A DNA stretch of 63,780 nt, counting the filler, from an uncultured Methanosarcinales archaeon (GTDB taxonomy: Archaea; Nanobdellota; Nanobdellia; Woesearchaeales; CAZKBD01), in assembly GCA_964550945.1 (NCBI GenBank). It is 3 parts of 3 records of this genome, joined end to end, with 100 filler letters (N's around TTAATTAATTAA, not from the genome) between each part and the next. Parts side by side here need not be neighbours in the genome. Positions count along the whole stretch, not along the records: positions 1 to 28,967 come from CAZKBD010000011.1; 2 more parts are not named here. The stretch is one strand, 5' to 3'. Both the position numbers and the translations under genes were made by a program. The notes beneath the pieces are model-generated. The model saw only the letters and a program-made list of their open reading frames with translations, made no database searches and had not been told where the DNA came from. Of this stretch, positions 12,813 to 24,800 are shown one piece after another; position 1 is the stretch's first letter; every line of letters begins with the position of its first letter.

Positions 12813-15800
12813 ATGGCGATTCAATACAAAAAGTTGATGAAGATGAAATTGATTGACGTTTCCAAATTATTGGTGTTTGCTTGGTTGATCCTTAGCCTAT
12901 TTTTAGCTCCTGTTGCTGTTGCTGGCCAGTATAACAATCTTGAGTTCATAAAGACTGAGAATGTTGCTTATGATGTTGTTTTGCCTGGTAATTTTGCAAA
13001 GCTGGAGCCTATAACTCATTCTGATGGTTTTACAAAGAATTCGAGGATTTCTTTATATGCCGGCCCTGGATTAGCTTTTCCAGTCGATGTCATTAATATC
13101 TCTTCAAGCACAATTAGCTTAAGCTGGAATCCTGTCAGTGGCGCAGCAAGCTATAATATTTACATCACACCAGAGCCAGAAACACTTGGAAATTACACTT
13201 GGATGAAGTTGATGGGAAACAATTCAGGAAATACCAACACAACATTCATAATAAAAGATGTTGCAGCAGCAGTTGACACATTCATAAGAGTAGAGGCAAT
13301 AAATGCTTCTGGAGTATTCGCAGCAGGAGATGCGTATGCAAGGACAATTGGCGGGCAACTTGCCCAGATAGAGTTTGAATATGGAAATAGAAATAAATTA
13401 GATACTCCTTTAAAAGAAATTCATCTTGCTTCTCCAAACATAATACATTTAATATTATTTAATCCAGAAGTGCATTCATATTCTGGGATAAATAATTGGA
13501 TAGATGATGGTGTTAATGAAGTTATTAATTATACTGGATGGGACTGGCATGCTGGAAATTGGAGTGTCACAAGAAAAAATGGAGACCATATAAATGTGAC
13601 TAAGGTTTTCCGGCGTTCTGTTCCTGCTGGCCAATTTGATCCTGATTATGCAAGTTATCTTGAGTTTGACCATCATATATATCTTGTTTTGGATGAACAA
13701 GTAGGAAATAGTGAGATTCTTCAAATATCCCATAGTGGGGGCGCTAATAATCCTGATAGTTTTGAATTAGATCATCCATGTATGAGTAATACAAAAACAT
13801 TATTTGGTAAAAATGAGGTAAGTACTGACTTAAACTTAACTTTATTGTTTAGCGATAAATATCTTGTTTCATCATCAATTCAGGTAAATCAGTTAGGATA
13901 CAACCCAATCACAACAAAAAGATATGCATATGTTTCTGACTGGATGGGGCTTGATCTTAATGGAAATGCAAGTGGAGTGCCTCTTGATAATTATCCTGCC
14001 TTTGCTTTTGTCTTTAATAGCTCATCTTCAATCTTGTCAACAAAGCAGCCAATGATTAATAATATTCCTCTAAAAATAAGGTACCAGTGGGATCTTGGAA
14101 ATAAGAGTGGAATATGGAATGGCAGCTGTTTTATTGGAAATTTCACTGGACCAGTATGGAATGGTTCAGAATTGGTCAATGAGACTGTAGAAAAATATTA
14201 TAACTGTACTGTTAACAGTTATTCTCCATGGGTCATGCCTGCTGTTGATTATGATGTTGATGTTGGAGGACAGGTAAGGGAAATAAATCTCTCTGGCCTT
14301 CCAGAAAGTGATACTGATACTTATCAGGTTTATGTTCCAGGAGTTGGCGTTAGTTATCCAACTAGGGTAAGTGAGCTTGGAATCCAAAAAGCGTGGTATG
14401 TTTTTGAGAGGGGGATGTATCAAAATAGGTGGGGACGTGATTTACAGCCTCAATGGACTGATTGGACTAGGGCAGGAACAGATCATCCTTATGTTTATAC
14501 ATCTGAGAGGAGGGATGCAGGTTATGTTGGAAGGGTCTATTTTCCTAGCTATACTCCTCAGGTAGGCAAAAGGGAACTGCAAGGGGGACATCATGATGCA
14601 GGAGATCTTGACTTGCAGGTAGGCCACTATGCTAATGGTCTTAGATTACTTACAGCATATGAACTAAATCCTGATGCTTATCGTGATGGCCAATTGACAA
14701 TTCCAGAATCTGGAAATGGAATACCTGATCTGCTTGATGAGGGATTATACAGCATTCACCTATGGGAGCAACTTCAAGAAAATAATGATAATGTTGGAAA
14801 TGCATGCGATGTTTGTCCTGATGATCCTGAAAATGATGTTGATGGAGATGGGATTTGTAAATTAGGAAGTTTTAGCAGTCCAATGATTGGGACAAATGAC
14901 AATTGCCCATGGCATTATAATCCTTCTCAAACTGACACTAATGGTGATGGAATTGGAGATGCTTGTGACACTAAGAATATATTTGATTCTGATAATGACA
15001 GCATATTAGACAATGTTGATAAGTGTATTACAATCTCAAATGCTAACCAGTCTGATTCTGATAAAGATGGCATAGGTGATGCTTGCGATTTGTGTCCAGA
15101 TGATGCTGAAAATGATGTTGATGGAGATGGTTTTTGTAAAGGCAGTAGGTTTATTGCTCCCATGATTGGTAAAAATGACACTTGTTCAAATAAATATAAC
15201 CCTTACCAATCTGATTGTGATAATGATACTATTGGCGATGCGTGTGATGATAATAATAACTTGGCTATTTGTACTCGCGCAATAAATGTGGATAATAAAG
15301 GCTATTTAGATACGGACAGTGATACTATCTATGACCATTTGGACAATTGTATTATTGTTTCTAATCCTTCTCAGTTGGATAGTGATAATGATACTATTGG
15401 CGATGCTTGTGACTTACCAAACATTCCTCCTACTCTAAACTCAGACAGTGATTTTATATTAAATGATGGGGATAACAGTGGCAATACTACAGATAATCGG
15501 TGCACTGGCGGAAACAAGATTAATTGTGATGATAATTGTCCAACAAAATATAATCCTGATCAGGCAGACATTGATCATGACAGAATAGGTGATGCATGCG
15601 ATAATTATAATGCATTTGATTATGATGGGGATGATGCAACCTACTATTATTATTCTTATGCGCACTATTTTGATAACTGCATTGAGATGCCTAATCAAGG
15701 CCAAGAGGATTATGACTCTGATGAGGTAGGAGACGCATGTGACCCTTGCTTTTCTGACCCTTCAAATGATGTTGATGGTGACAGAGTATGTGTTGGAGAT

Positions 15801-18800
15801 GGATTTAAGTCTCCAATGATTAGGGACTTTGATAATTGTCCGATGATTTATAATCTAGACCAAAATGATTGTGATAATGATTTTGTAGGTGATGCTTGTG
15901 ATCAAGATAGTTATTGCGCTCAAAAGAATGATACGGATAATGATGGAATTTCGGATTATGCTGATAATTGCGTTGATGTATATAATCCCATTCAAGAAGA
16001 TTACTCTCCTTATGAATCTTTTGGAGTAAGGCAAGGTGTTCAAACATCTGGGCATCTTATGAGTCTTGATGCAAGATATTCAGATGAGGATACCACTCCT
16101 TATTGGACATATTCTAGAAATCCAGCGCATACTGCAAGAGTAGCAGGGTTATTTGCAAAAGCATCTTATTTACTTAAAAATATTGATCAAACTGCATTGT
16201 GTGGAACTCCAACCTGTAAATCAGACGAATTAAAAGAGCGAGCAATTAATGCATTCAACTATTCTTATTCTAATGGAGTTGTAGGAACTTATAATGGCGA
16301 AGTAGAAGACGGTGATAGCTTGTATTTCTTTGCTGCAGGAGAATTATACAGGCTTACAAACGATTCTTACTATCGTAATATCTTTGAGGCGCATTGGAAT
16401 ACAAGTGAAAGTTATAATCAAGGCCCAACTTTCGATCCTTACTTTACTTTTGCATATGCATTGGCTTCTGATAATCAGACAATACTTAACCAGATATTTA
16501 ATAGGTATGACACTTTGGATAATAGTGTATTTGGAGCTGCAAACAAGAAGTATACTGATGGGCAAGTTATTAGAATGGAACTTAATCATGCGCATAGAAA
16601 TCCTAGAGGTGCTGGCCAAAGAGGTGGATGGGGTGCAGAATCAATTGTTGGGCAATACCTTGACAAATCTTATATTAGGCTATATCTTGATTCAATAAGG
16701 CCTTTAACTGCTGCTAAAAAGCAGCAGATAATTGACACTATAAGCATGACTGCGGATTATGTTCTTGGAGGAAACCCTTCAAATTTTGTTTATACTACAG
16801 GACTTGGACAAAATTATCCGCAAGATGCTCTTTGGTGGGACTCTGAATCATTTTATGAAGATGGTTATGGGAATATTCCAGGATATGCTGTATTTGGAAA
16901 TGCAGGTGTTCCATGTTGGGACGGCGGCTATGATATAGTTAATCAGATAACTTTTCCTTATCAATCTAGGATGCCTAACCAGAATAGGTATTTTGATGCA
17001 GGATCAGTTGTCACAAATAATGAAGGCGCTCCTGGGTTAAATTCAGAGTTTCTTCTTGACATAAGCCAATTAATGCCTGCTAACTTTTATACGCCCACTT
17101 CCTGGCTTCCAGGGCAAGAGGATAATAAGAAATCATTAGTAACACTTACTGATATTGATACAACCCCTCCAAGTGCTCCAACAGGATTTTCTGCTGTTAA
17201 GACTGAATCAAAAGTTTCACTTTCATGGAATCCTTCAACTGATGCAGAATCAGAATTATTATGGTATCAGGTTTATAGGGGTGGAAAGCTCATTGGGCAT
17301 ACTAATGCATATAGCGGAGATACTTCTTATGTTGATGAAGGATTAAAATCTAACACTACTTATGAATATAAAGTTGTTTCAGCAAACATAGGGTTTTTGT
17401 TAAGTGACCCAGCTTCTATGTCTGTAACAACAGATATTGATCAGACTGGTCCTGTGATTACTGAATTAGTTTCAAGTATAAATCCTAACATAATAAAGAT
17501 TATCTTTAATGAGCCACTTGATAATATTAGTGCAGAAAACATTAATAGTTATTCAGTCAATAATGGTCTGATAATTTCAGGAGCATATCTTCTTGATGAT
17601 AATATTACGGTTATATTAACAACAAGTGAACAAAAGCCTGATGTTTTGTATAATCTAAACACAACAGGAGTATTAGATAAATCAGGAAATCCTTCACTAG
17701 ATATAATTAGTTATGAATTCTTATGGGATCCTAACTATAATTTAAAAAGAAGAATTTGGAATGGAGAAGGAGTAAACGAAGATCATGTTTCAGTTGGCTA
17801 TGGCAGCATTATTAATGTTTCTGCTATGCCTAATGATGTGTTTCAGGGAAATTATTCATTTAAAGGAACTCCAACTAATTATTATGATCCTTTAATTAAT
17901 TTTTTTACAATTGAAAGAATTAGGACTGAGATATATAGAAAAGATATTACTGATTATGACACATTAATTTTCTGGGCAAAATCAGATCAGTCAGGAAGAT
18001 CATTCACTCTAAGATTGGGAAGTTATGATTCTGCAACAAATAATATTGATATACTTCCGTTTATAGAGGGAGGCACACTTGATGCAGCTTATAGAAAAGT
18101 GGTTATTCCTTTTATTAATTTGACTAATGATAATCATATCTTTAAATCAGGGTTAGAAACATTTTATCTTGGGAAATTAGGTAATCCTGATTACTCAATA
18201 TTTATCGATGATATTTGGGTTGTGGATCAAAATTTAGTTGATACTGTAAACCCTTCTTTTAAGTCTATCTGGAATATTACTGTAGCTTACATTTATAATA
18301 TCAGTGAGGATTATGAGGCTGTTGATTTAAGCGGAATTGACACTTACTGGGTTAATGACAGCAGGTTTAATATTAGCAATACTGGCTTGTTTAAGTTTAG
18401 TGTAGGTAATCCTGGTGTGGGTGTGTATTTTGTTAATGTTAGTGCTAATGACACTGTAGGTTATTCTGTTTCTGAAGCGGTTATAGTTAATATAACTGAT
18501 GATGTTATTCCACCTCAGTTTACTAATATTTATAATTTTAGCGTGCCTGATAATGAGACTTTTTATCATGACTTTGATGCAACTGACAATATTAATTCAG
18601 AATGCAATGGCTTGACTTATACTGTCAGTGATTCTAATTTTGCCATAAACTGTTCTGGGGTTATAAGGAGGGGTACTAATCCTTTATCTGTTCGTGATTA
18701 TATTCTTAATGTGACTGTTACTGATGTTTCAAGAAACTTTGTTTATCAAACAATTAATGTTAGTGTGCTTAATAGTACTGGCCCTGATGTTACTGCGCCT

Positions 18801-21800
18801 GTTTTTACTAATTTAAATGATTTGACAATTAGTTATGGCAATATCCTAGGATACAATATTGATTCTTTTGATGATCGAGGCACTGAGTGCAATGGAATTA
18901 GTTATTCTATTAATGACTCTAGGTTCTTTATTAACTGCACTGGCTTGTTGATGTTTGACTGGAATGCCCTTGTTAAAGGGGCTTATTCTGTTAATATTGC
19001 TGCTTTTGATTCTGCAAATAACTCTGTTTCAAAGATTATTGCAGTAAACATTGTTCAGGATAATATTCCGCCGTCTTTTATTGGCTTAAGGAATAGGGCT
19101 ATTAATTATGGCGCAAACTTGTATTATGAGTTTGATACGCAGGATGATGTTGGAGTAGATAATGCATGGATTAATGATACTGTAAGGTTTAAGTTGAGTA
19201 GAACTAATGGAAGCAAGTTTCTGCTTGAGAACAACACTGTTCTTAATTTGGGTTATTATTGGTTGAATGTTAGTGTTAATGATACTAGCGGCAACCAGTT
19301 TAGTAGTCAGATTGAGGTTTGGGTTACTGAGAATATTGTCATTACTGGATGCACATCCATCGATTCTTCAGGGGATTATGTTTTGATCAATGATATCACT
19401 AATTATCATGGCAGTTGTATTAAGATTAATGCAAGCAATGTAACATTTAATTGCGGGGGTTATGCTATTGATGGTGATGATAGCTCAAATAGTGTTGGCC
19501 TGCTTATTGAAGGGATTAATAGCTCAAGCAAATTGAAGAATGTTTATGTTTCTAATTGTTTTATTTCTGATTTTGATAAGGGATTAAAGATGAATAATGT
19601 TGACAATTCTAGTGTAACTGATATCGAGGTTAATTCCAATATTGATGGGTTTGTTCTTTATACTGCAAAATATAACTTGTTTAATAATGTCAACTCTATA
19701 AATAATACTGATGATGGATTTGAGATGAGTGCTTGGAGTGCTAATGCGGAGTATAATAATTTTACAAAAGGAGTTATTAAGGATAATAAGGATTGTGGTA
19801 TTAATGTCAATCAGGATGGGTATTATAATCGGTTTTCTAATTTTAGCATTATAGGTAANNNNNNNNNNNNNNNNNNNNNNNNNNNNNNNNNNNNNNNNNN
19901 NNNNNNNNNNNNNNNNNNNNNNNNNNNNNNNNNNNNNNNNNNNNNNNNNNNNNNNNNNATTGAGAAAAATATAAGTTTAGACTGTCTTGGAAATACGATT
20001 GATGGAACTGATGTTTATACTGATTATGGAATTAGGATCATTAGTGGCTTGGTGAATGTTTCTGTTAGTAATTGTATTGTTAATGATTTTGGCAAGGGAG
20101 GCATTTATTCTGAGGCCTCTAATTCCTCTTTTTCCAATGTTTTTATTAGTTCTGGCAGCTATGCTGGAGGCAATACAGGCAATGCGTTTACTGTTACTGG
20201 ATCATATAATGTTTTGAGTGGGATTAATGTTTCTGAGACTGTGGGCCATGGTATTGTGATTGGAGGGGATTTTAATAATCTAAGTGGAGGCTTTGTTGCA
20301 GGTTCATATAATGGTTCGTATAGTGGAATTTATATCAATGCTAATGCTAACAATAATACTATTACTGGCTTTAAGGTTTATAATAATTCAAACAGCGGGG
20401 TTTATTTTGATTCTGTCAATTCCAATAATAACTTTTTTTATAATAACTTTTTTAATAATTCGCTTAATGTTAATAATTCAGTTAATGCTAACAATTATTT
20501 CAGCACAACAAACCAATCTGGCACAAACATTATTGGCGGAAACTTGATTGGAGGCAACTTCTGGGCAAATCCTTCTGGTACTGGATACTCACAGACTTGT
20601 GCTGATGTAAACAGCACTGGATTCTGTGATGCTCCTCTAAATGTTTCTTCAAGCCTTGCTTGCCCTGGCTGCTCTGGCTATAACATCGATATGCTGCCTT
20701 TGACTTTGGGTGTTGTTGCTGACACAACCCCTCCAGCTTCAGTCACTAATCTGCAAAGTAGTGCAATAACAAATTCATCAATCAACTGGACTTGGACAAA
20801 TCCTTTAGATGCTGACTTTAACAAGACAATCCTTTATCTGAATTCAATTAACATTGTGAACTTGTCAACACCAATTGTGAGTTATACTGCAACAAGCCTT
20901 ACAAATAACACTTTATACAACCTAACTATCCATACTGCAGATAATTCTGGAAACATAAACACAACAAACATACAAAACCTATCTTGGACTTTGCAGAATG
21001 GTGTAGTTTGCGTTGATAATGATGCTGATGGCTATAACATAACAGGCGGCTCTTGTGGTTTAGTTGACTGCAACGATACTAATTCCAATATCAATCCCGG
21101 CGCTGTTGAGGTTTGCGATGATAACCAGGACAATAATTGCAATAGCCAGGCTGATTGCAATGACACTGCTTGCACAGGACAGCCTTCCTGTTTTGCTTTC
21201 CCTGTTTACCCAAATGTAACAGCAGGCACTGAAATAAATATTACTATTGAAGGAGATAATTGTACTGGCAGGGAAGTAAATCTAAACTATCTTGAGATTG
21301 ATTTCTTTACCAATAATGATTCAATCAGCGGTTATGGATTGCCAGCAACAGCAACATTTACTCTAAACAAAACAAAAACCCCATGGGTTGCTCAGTGGTT
21401 TAATGATACTGATGGGGAGAATAACATTAATCCAGAGCTCCAATTCATTGCTGACTGTAATGGAAGCCAAATTTCTTCAAACATTATCGAGATAACTCCT
21501 TCAGAAGTAGCTTGTATAGATTCTGATAGTGACGGCTATAATGTCACAAGCCCAGTTTGCCAAACTGGCGATGATTGCGATGATTCTGATCCTATTGAGC
21601 ATCCAGGCCAAGTTTGGTATAGGGATGCAGATAGCGATTTATACAGCAATGGCTCAACCTTAACGCAATGCCTAAGGCCAGCTTTATACAACATTTCAAC
21701 AGAGCTAACAGCAACCTCTGGAGATTGCGATGACACTAATGCCAACGTAAACCCAATTAGAACTGAAATCTGCAACAATATTGATGACAACTGTGCTGGA

Positions 21801-24800
21801 GGAATAGATGAGGGAGTCTTATCAACATTCTATAGAGACTTTGATTCAGATACTTTCGGCAACTTAACAAACACGATCCAGAACTGTACAGCCCCAGCAG
21901 GATATGTAGCAAACAACACAGATTGCAATGATTATATAACTACTATCTACCCAGAAGCGCCAGAATTATGCAATGGCATCAGTGATGACTGCGATGCTGC
22001 TGTTGACGAAATATTCACAAACGAAAGCTGCTCATTTGTTTGTATTGCATCAAGCTTCAACTGGTCTAATAATGGGGGTAATCTAAACTGCTGCGGCAAC
22101 AACCCAGGAGAAGATAATCCCTATCAAACAACTGAAATAATATGCAGTGATACAAGAGACAATGATTGCAATGGCTTAACAGATTTAAATGATCCTTCCT
22201 GCATAAGCTGTGTTGATGATGACAATGATGGATATAATGCCACAAGCCCAGTCTGCCCAAGCGGCAATGATTGTAATGACAACAACAACTTAACTTATCC
22301 AGGAGCAATTGAAATATGCGATAATGATGACAACAATTGCGATGGCACTATAGATAATATTACCCAATCTTGCGGCTCAGGCGCTTGTGCTGGCAATCAA
22401 CTATGCACTTTAGGAGCTTGGAGCAATTGCTCAACTTACGGCCTTGATACAGGAATATGTGCTGTTTGTAATGCTAATGGAAGTGAAATTTACGATTCAA
22501 GCCAAAACACAGATTGCATAGCAACAGCCTGCCCTTCAGATGGCTGCGGCTTAGGCAGCTGCAATGCAAACATATTTGCTGACTACCCAATAAGCGTGCC
22601 AAACCAATGCTCTGCAATCTACACTTGCACTTCAAATATATGCGCAGCAGCCTGTGAACCAGATAATGATTATGATAATTATTCTCCAAGCTGCGGTGAC
22701 TGCAATGACAATACTAACATCACTTACCCAGGAGCCCTGGAAATCTGCGATACTTTAGACAATGACTGCAATTCTGGAACAGCTGATGGCAGCAGTGAAC
22801 TATGGCTGGGCCAAAGCTGTGATGGCCCTGATTCAGACCTTTGCAATGAAGGGACTTTCATCTGCAATACTGGCTCGCAATCTTGCTCAGACTCAACCTC
22901 AAACAACATTGAACTGTGCAACAGCATTGATGATGACTGCAATCCTCTAACAACAGATGGCATTAATGAGCCATGGTACAGCCAGCCAACAAGCTGTGGA
23001 GTTGGAGCTTGCCAGGGAGCTGTAGGGCAACTAACCTGCACAGCTGGATCACAATACAACACCTGCAACCCATACTTGAATGCAACCAATGAAAGTTGTG
23101 GTGATAATAGCGGTTATGACGGAATAGACAACAATTGTGATGGTACAATAGACCTAAACTGTGAATCCTATTGCGACCAGGATAATGATACTTACTCACC
23201 GCATATGATCTGCGCTCTTGCAGGTTATGGCATTAATGATTGTTATGACAATGACGCAAACATCAATCCTGGAATGCCTGATTTATGCAATAGCATAAAT
23301 GATGATTGTGATTCAAGCCCTGACGGCATAGATGAGCCTTGGTACAATAACCCAACAACATGCGGCGTAGGTGTTTGCGCAAATACCGGTAACTGGCTTT
23401 GCATTGCAGGAAATGCAGCTGACACATGCGCAGCAGGAACTCCAACAGGCAATGATGATAATTGTAATGGCCTGGATGAGAACTGCAATAGCATAGCTGA
23501 TGAAAACTACATTCCAACTCAAACAACTTGCGGGATTGGTGAATGCATAAGAACCGGGCAGCTAGTCTGCATTAGCAGTGATGAAATTAACAATTGCGTT
23601 CCTGGAGCACCTCAACCAGAAATTTGCGATGAGTTAGACAACAATTGCAATAGCCAGGCAGATGAAGGAGTTACAACAACTTATTACCAGGATATTGATA
23701 ATGATGCTTATGGAAATTCAACTGTTACAATTGAAGCATGCTCGCTGCCATTCGGATATGCAGGGCAAAATAGTGACTGCAATGACCTTAACAGCTATAT
23801 CAATCCAGCTGCTGCTGAATTATGCAATGGGATTGATGACAACTGCAACATAACTGTTGATGAAGGCTTCACAAACGAAGCATGCAGCTATGTTTGCGAA
23901 TCAAATGCATTTATCTGGACAAATAACAATGGCAGCTTAAGCTGCTGCGGAGATAATATCTTAGAGGATTCTCCATATCAACTAACAGAAACTAACTGCA
24001 CTGATGGGAATGACAACGATTGCAATGGCTTGGCTGATTATAATGATCCTGTCTGTTATGAATGCGTTGATGCAGATACTGACACATTCTTTGCAATATC
24101 CCCTATTGCATGCCCAACAGGAAATGACTGCAATGATAATAACGCAACCATAAACCCAAATGCAGCTGAAATCTGTGATGGCCTTGATAATAACTGCAAT
24201 GCTCAAACAGACGAAACATTCGCTAATACTGATGGAGACGAATTAGCCGATTGTGTTGATCCAGATGATGATAATGACAGCGTAAATGACGCAACTGACA
24301 ATTGCCTATTAGTTCCAAATGCAAATCAAACAGATTCTGACGATGATAATCTAGGAGATGCCTGTGATATATATCCATTTGACCATGATAACGACGGATT
24401 TAATATAACAATAGACTGCGATGATTATGATATATCAATAAACACCACTTATTCCAGAGCTTGCGGCCAGAATATCGGAACTTGCACAGTTGGCAATCAA
24501 TCCTGCGCTGATGGTGTTTGGGCAGAATGCACAGGAAGATCTCCTGAAAATGAGACATGCAACAGCCTTGATGACAATTGCGATGGAAGAATAGATTGTA
24601 TAGAAAACTGCACATCTCCTATTAATCTGATGACACAAAGATACATCAACTTTAATTATACCAATCCATTTATGTTATACATCCCAGATTACGGAAAAAT
24701 TACCTTCACTGAAAATATCACCTTTGCTTGCGGAGCTGATATAGACTATCTGACAAACATTAACAAAGCTAAGATATCCATAGACTCAGGGGTTATCCCA

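Noticed and set aside
14781..16022. Intein in GH9
   Set aside because: No N-terminal Cys/Ser block or C-terminal HN motif; the insert is TSP3 repeats
6477..20999. Diversity-generating retroelement TR/VR pair
   Set aside because: Both copies are coding, mismatches are not confined to adenines, and there is no reverse transcriptase in the window
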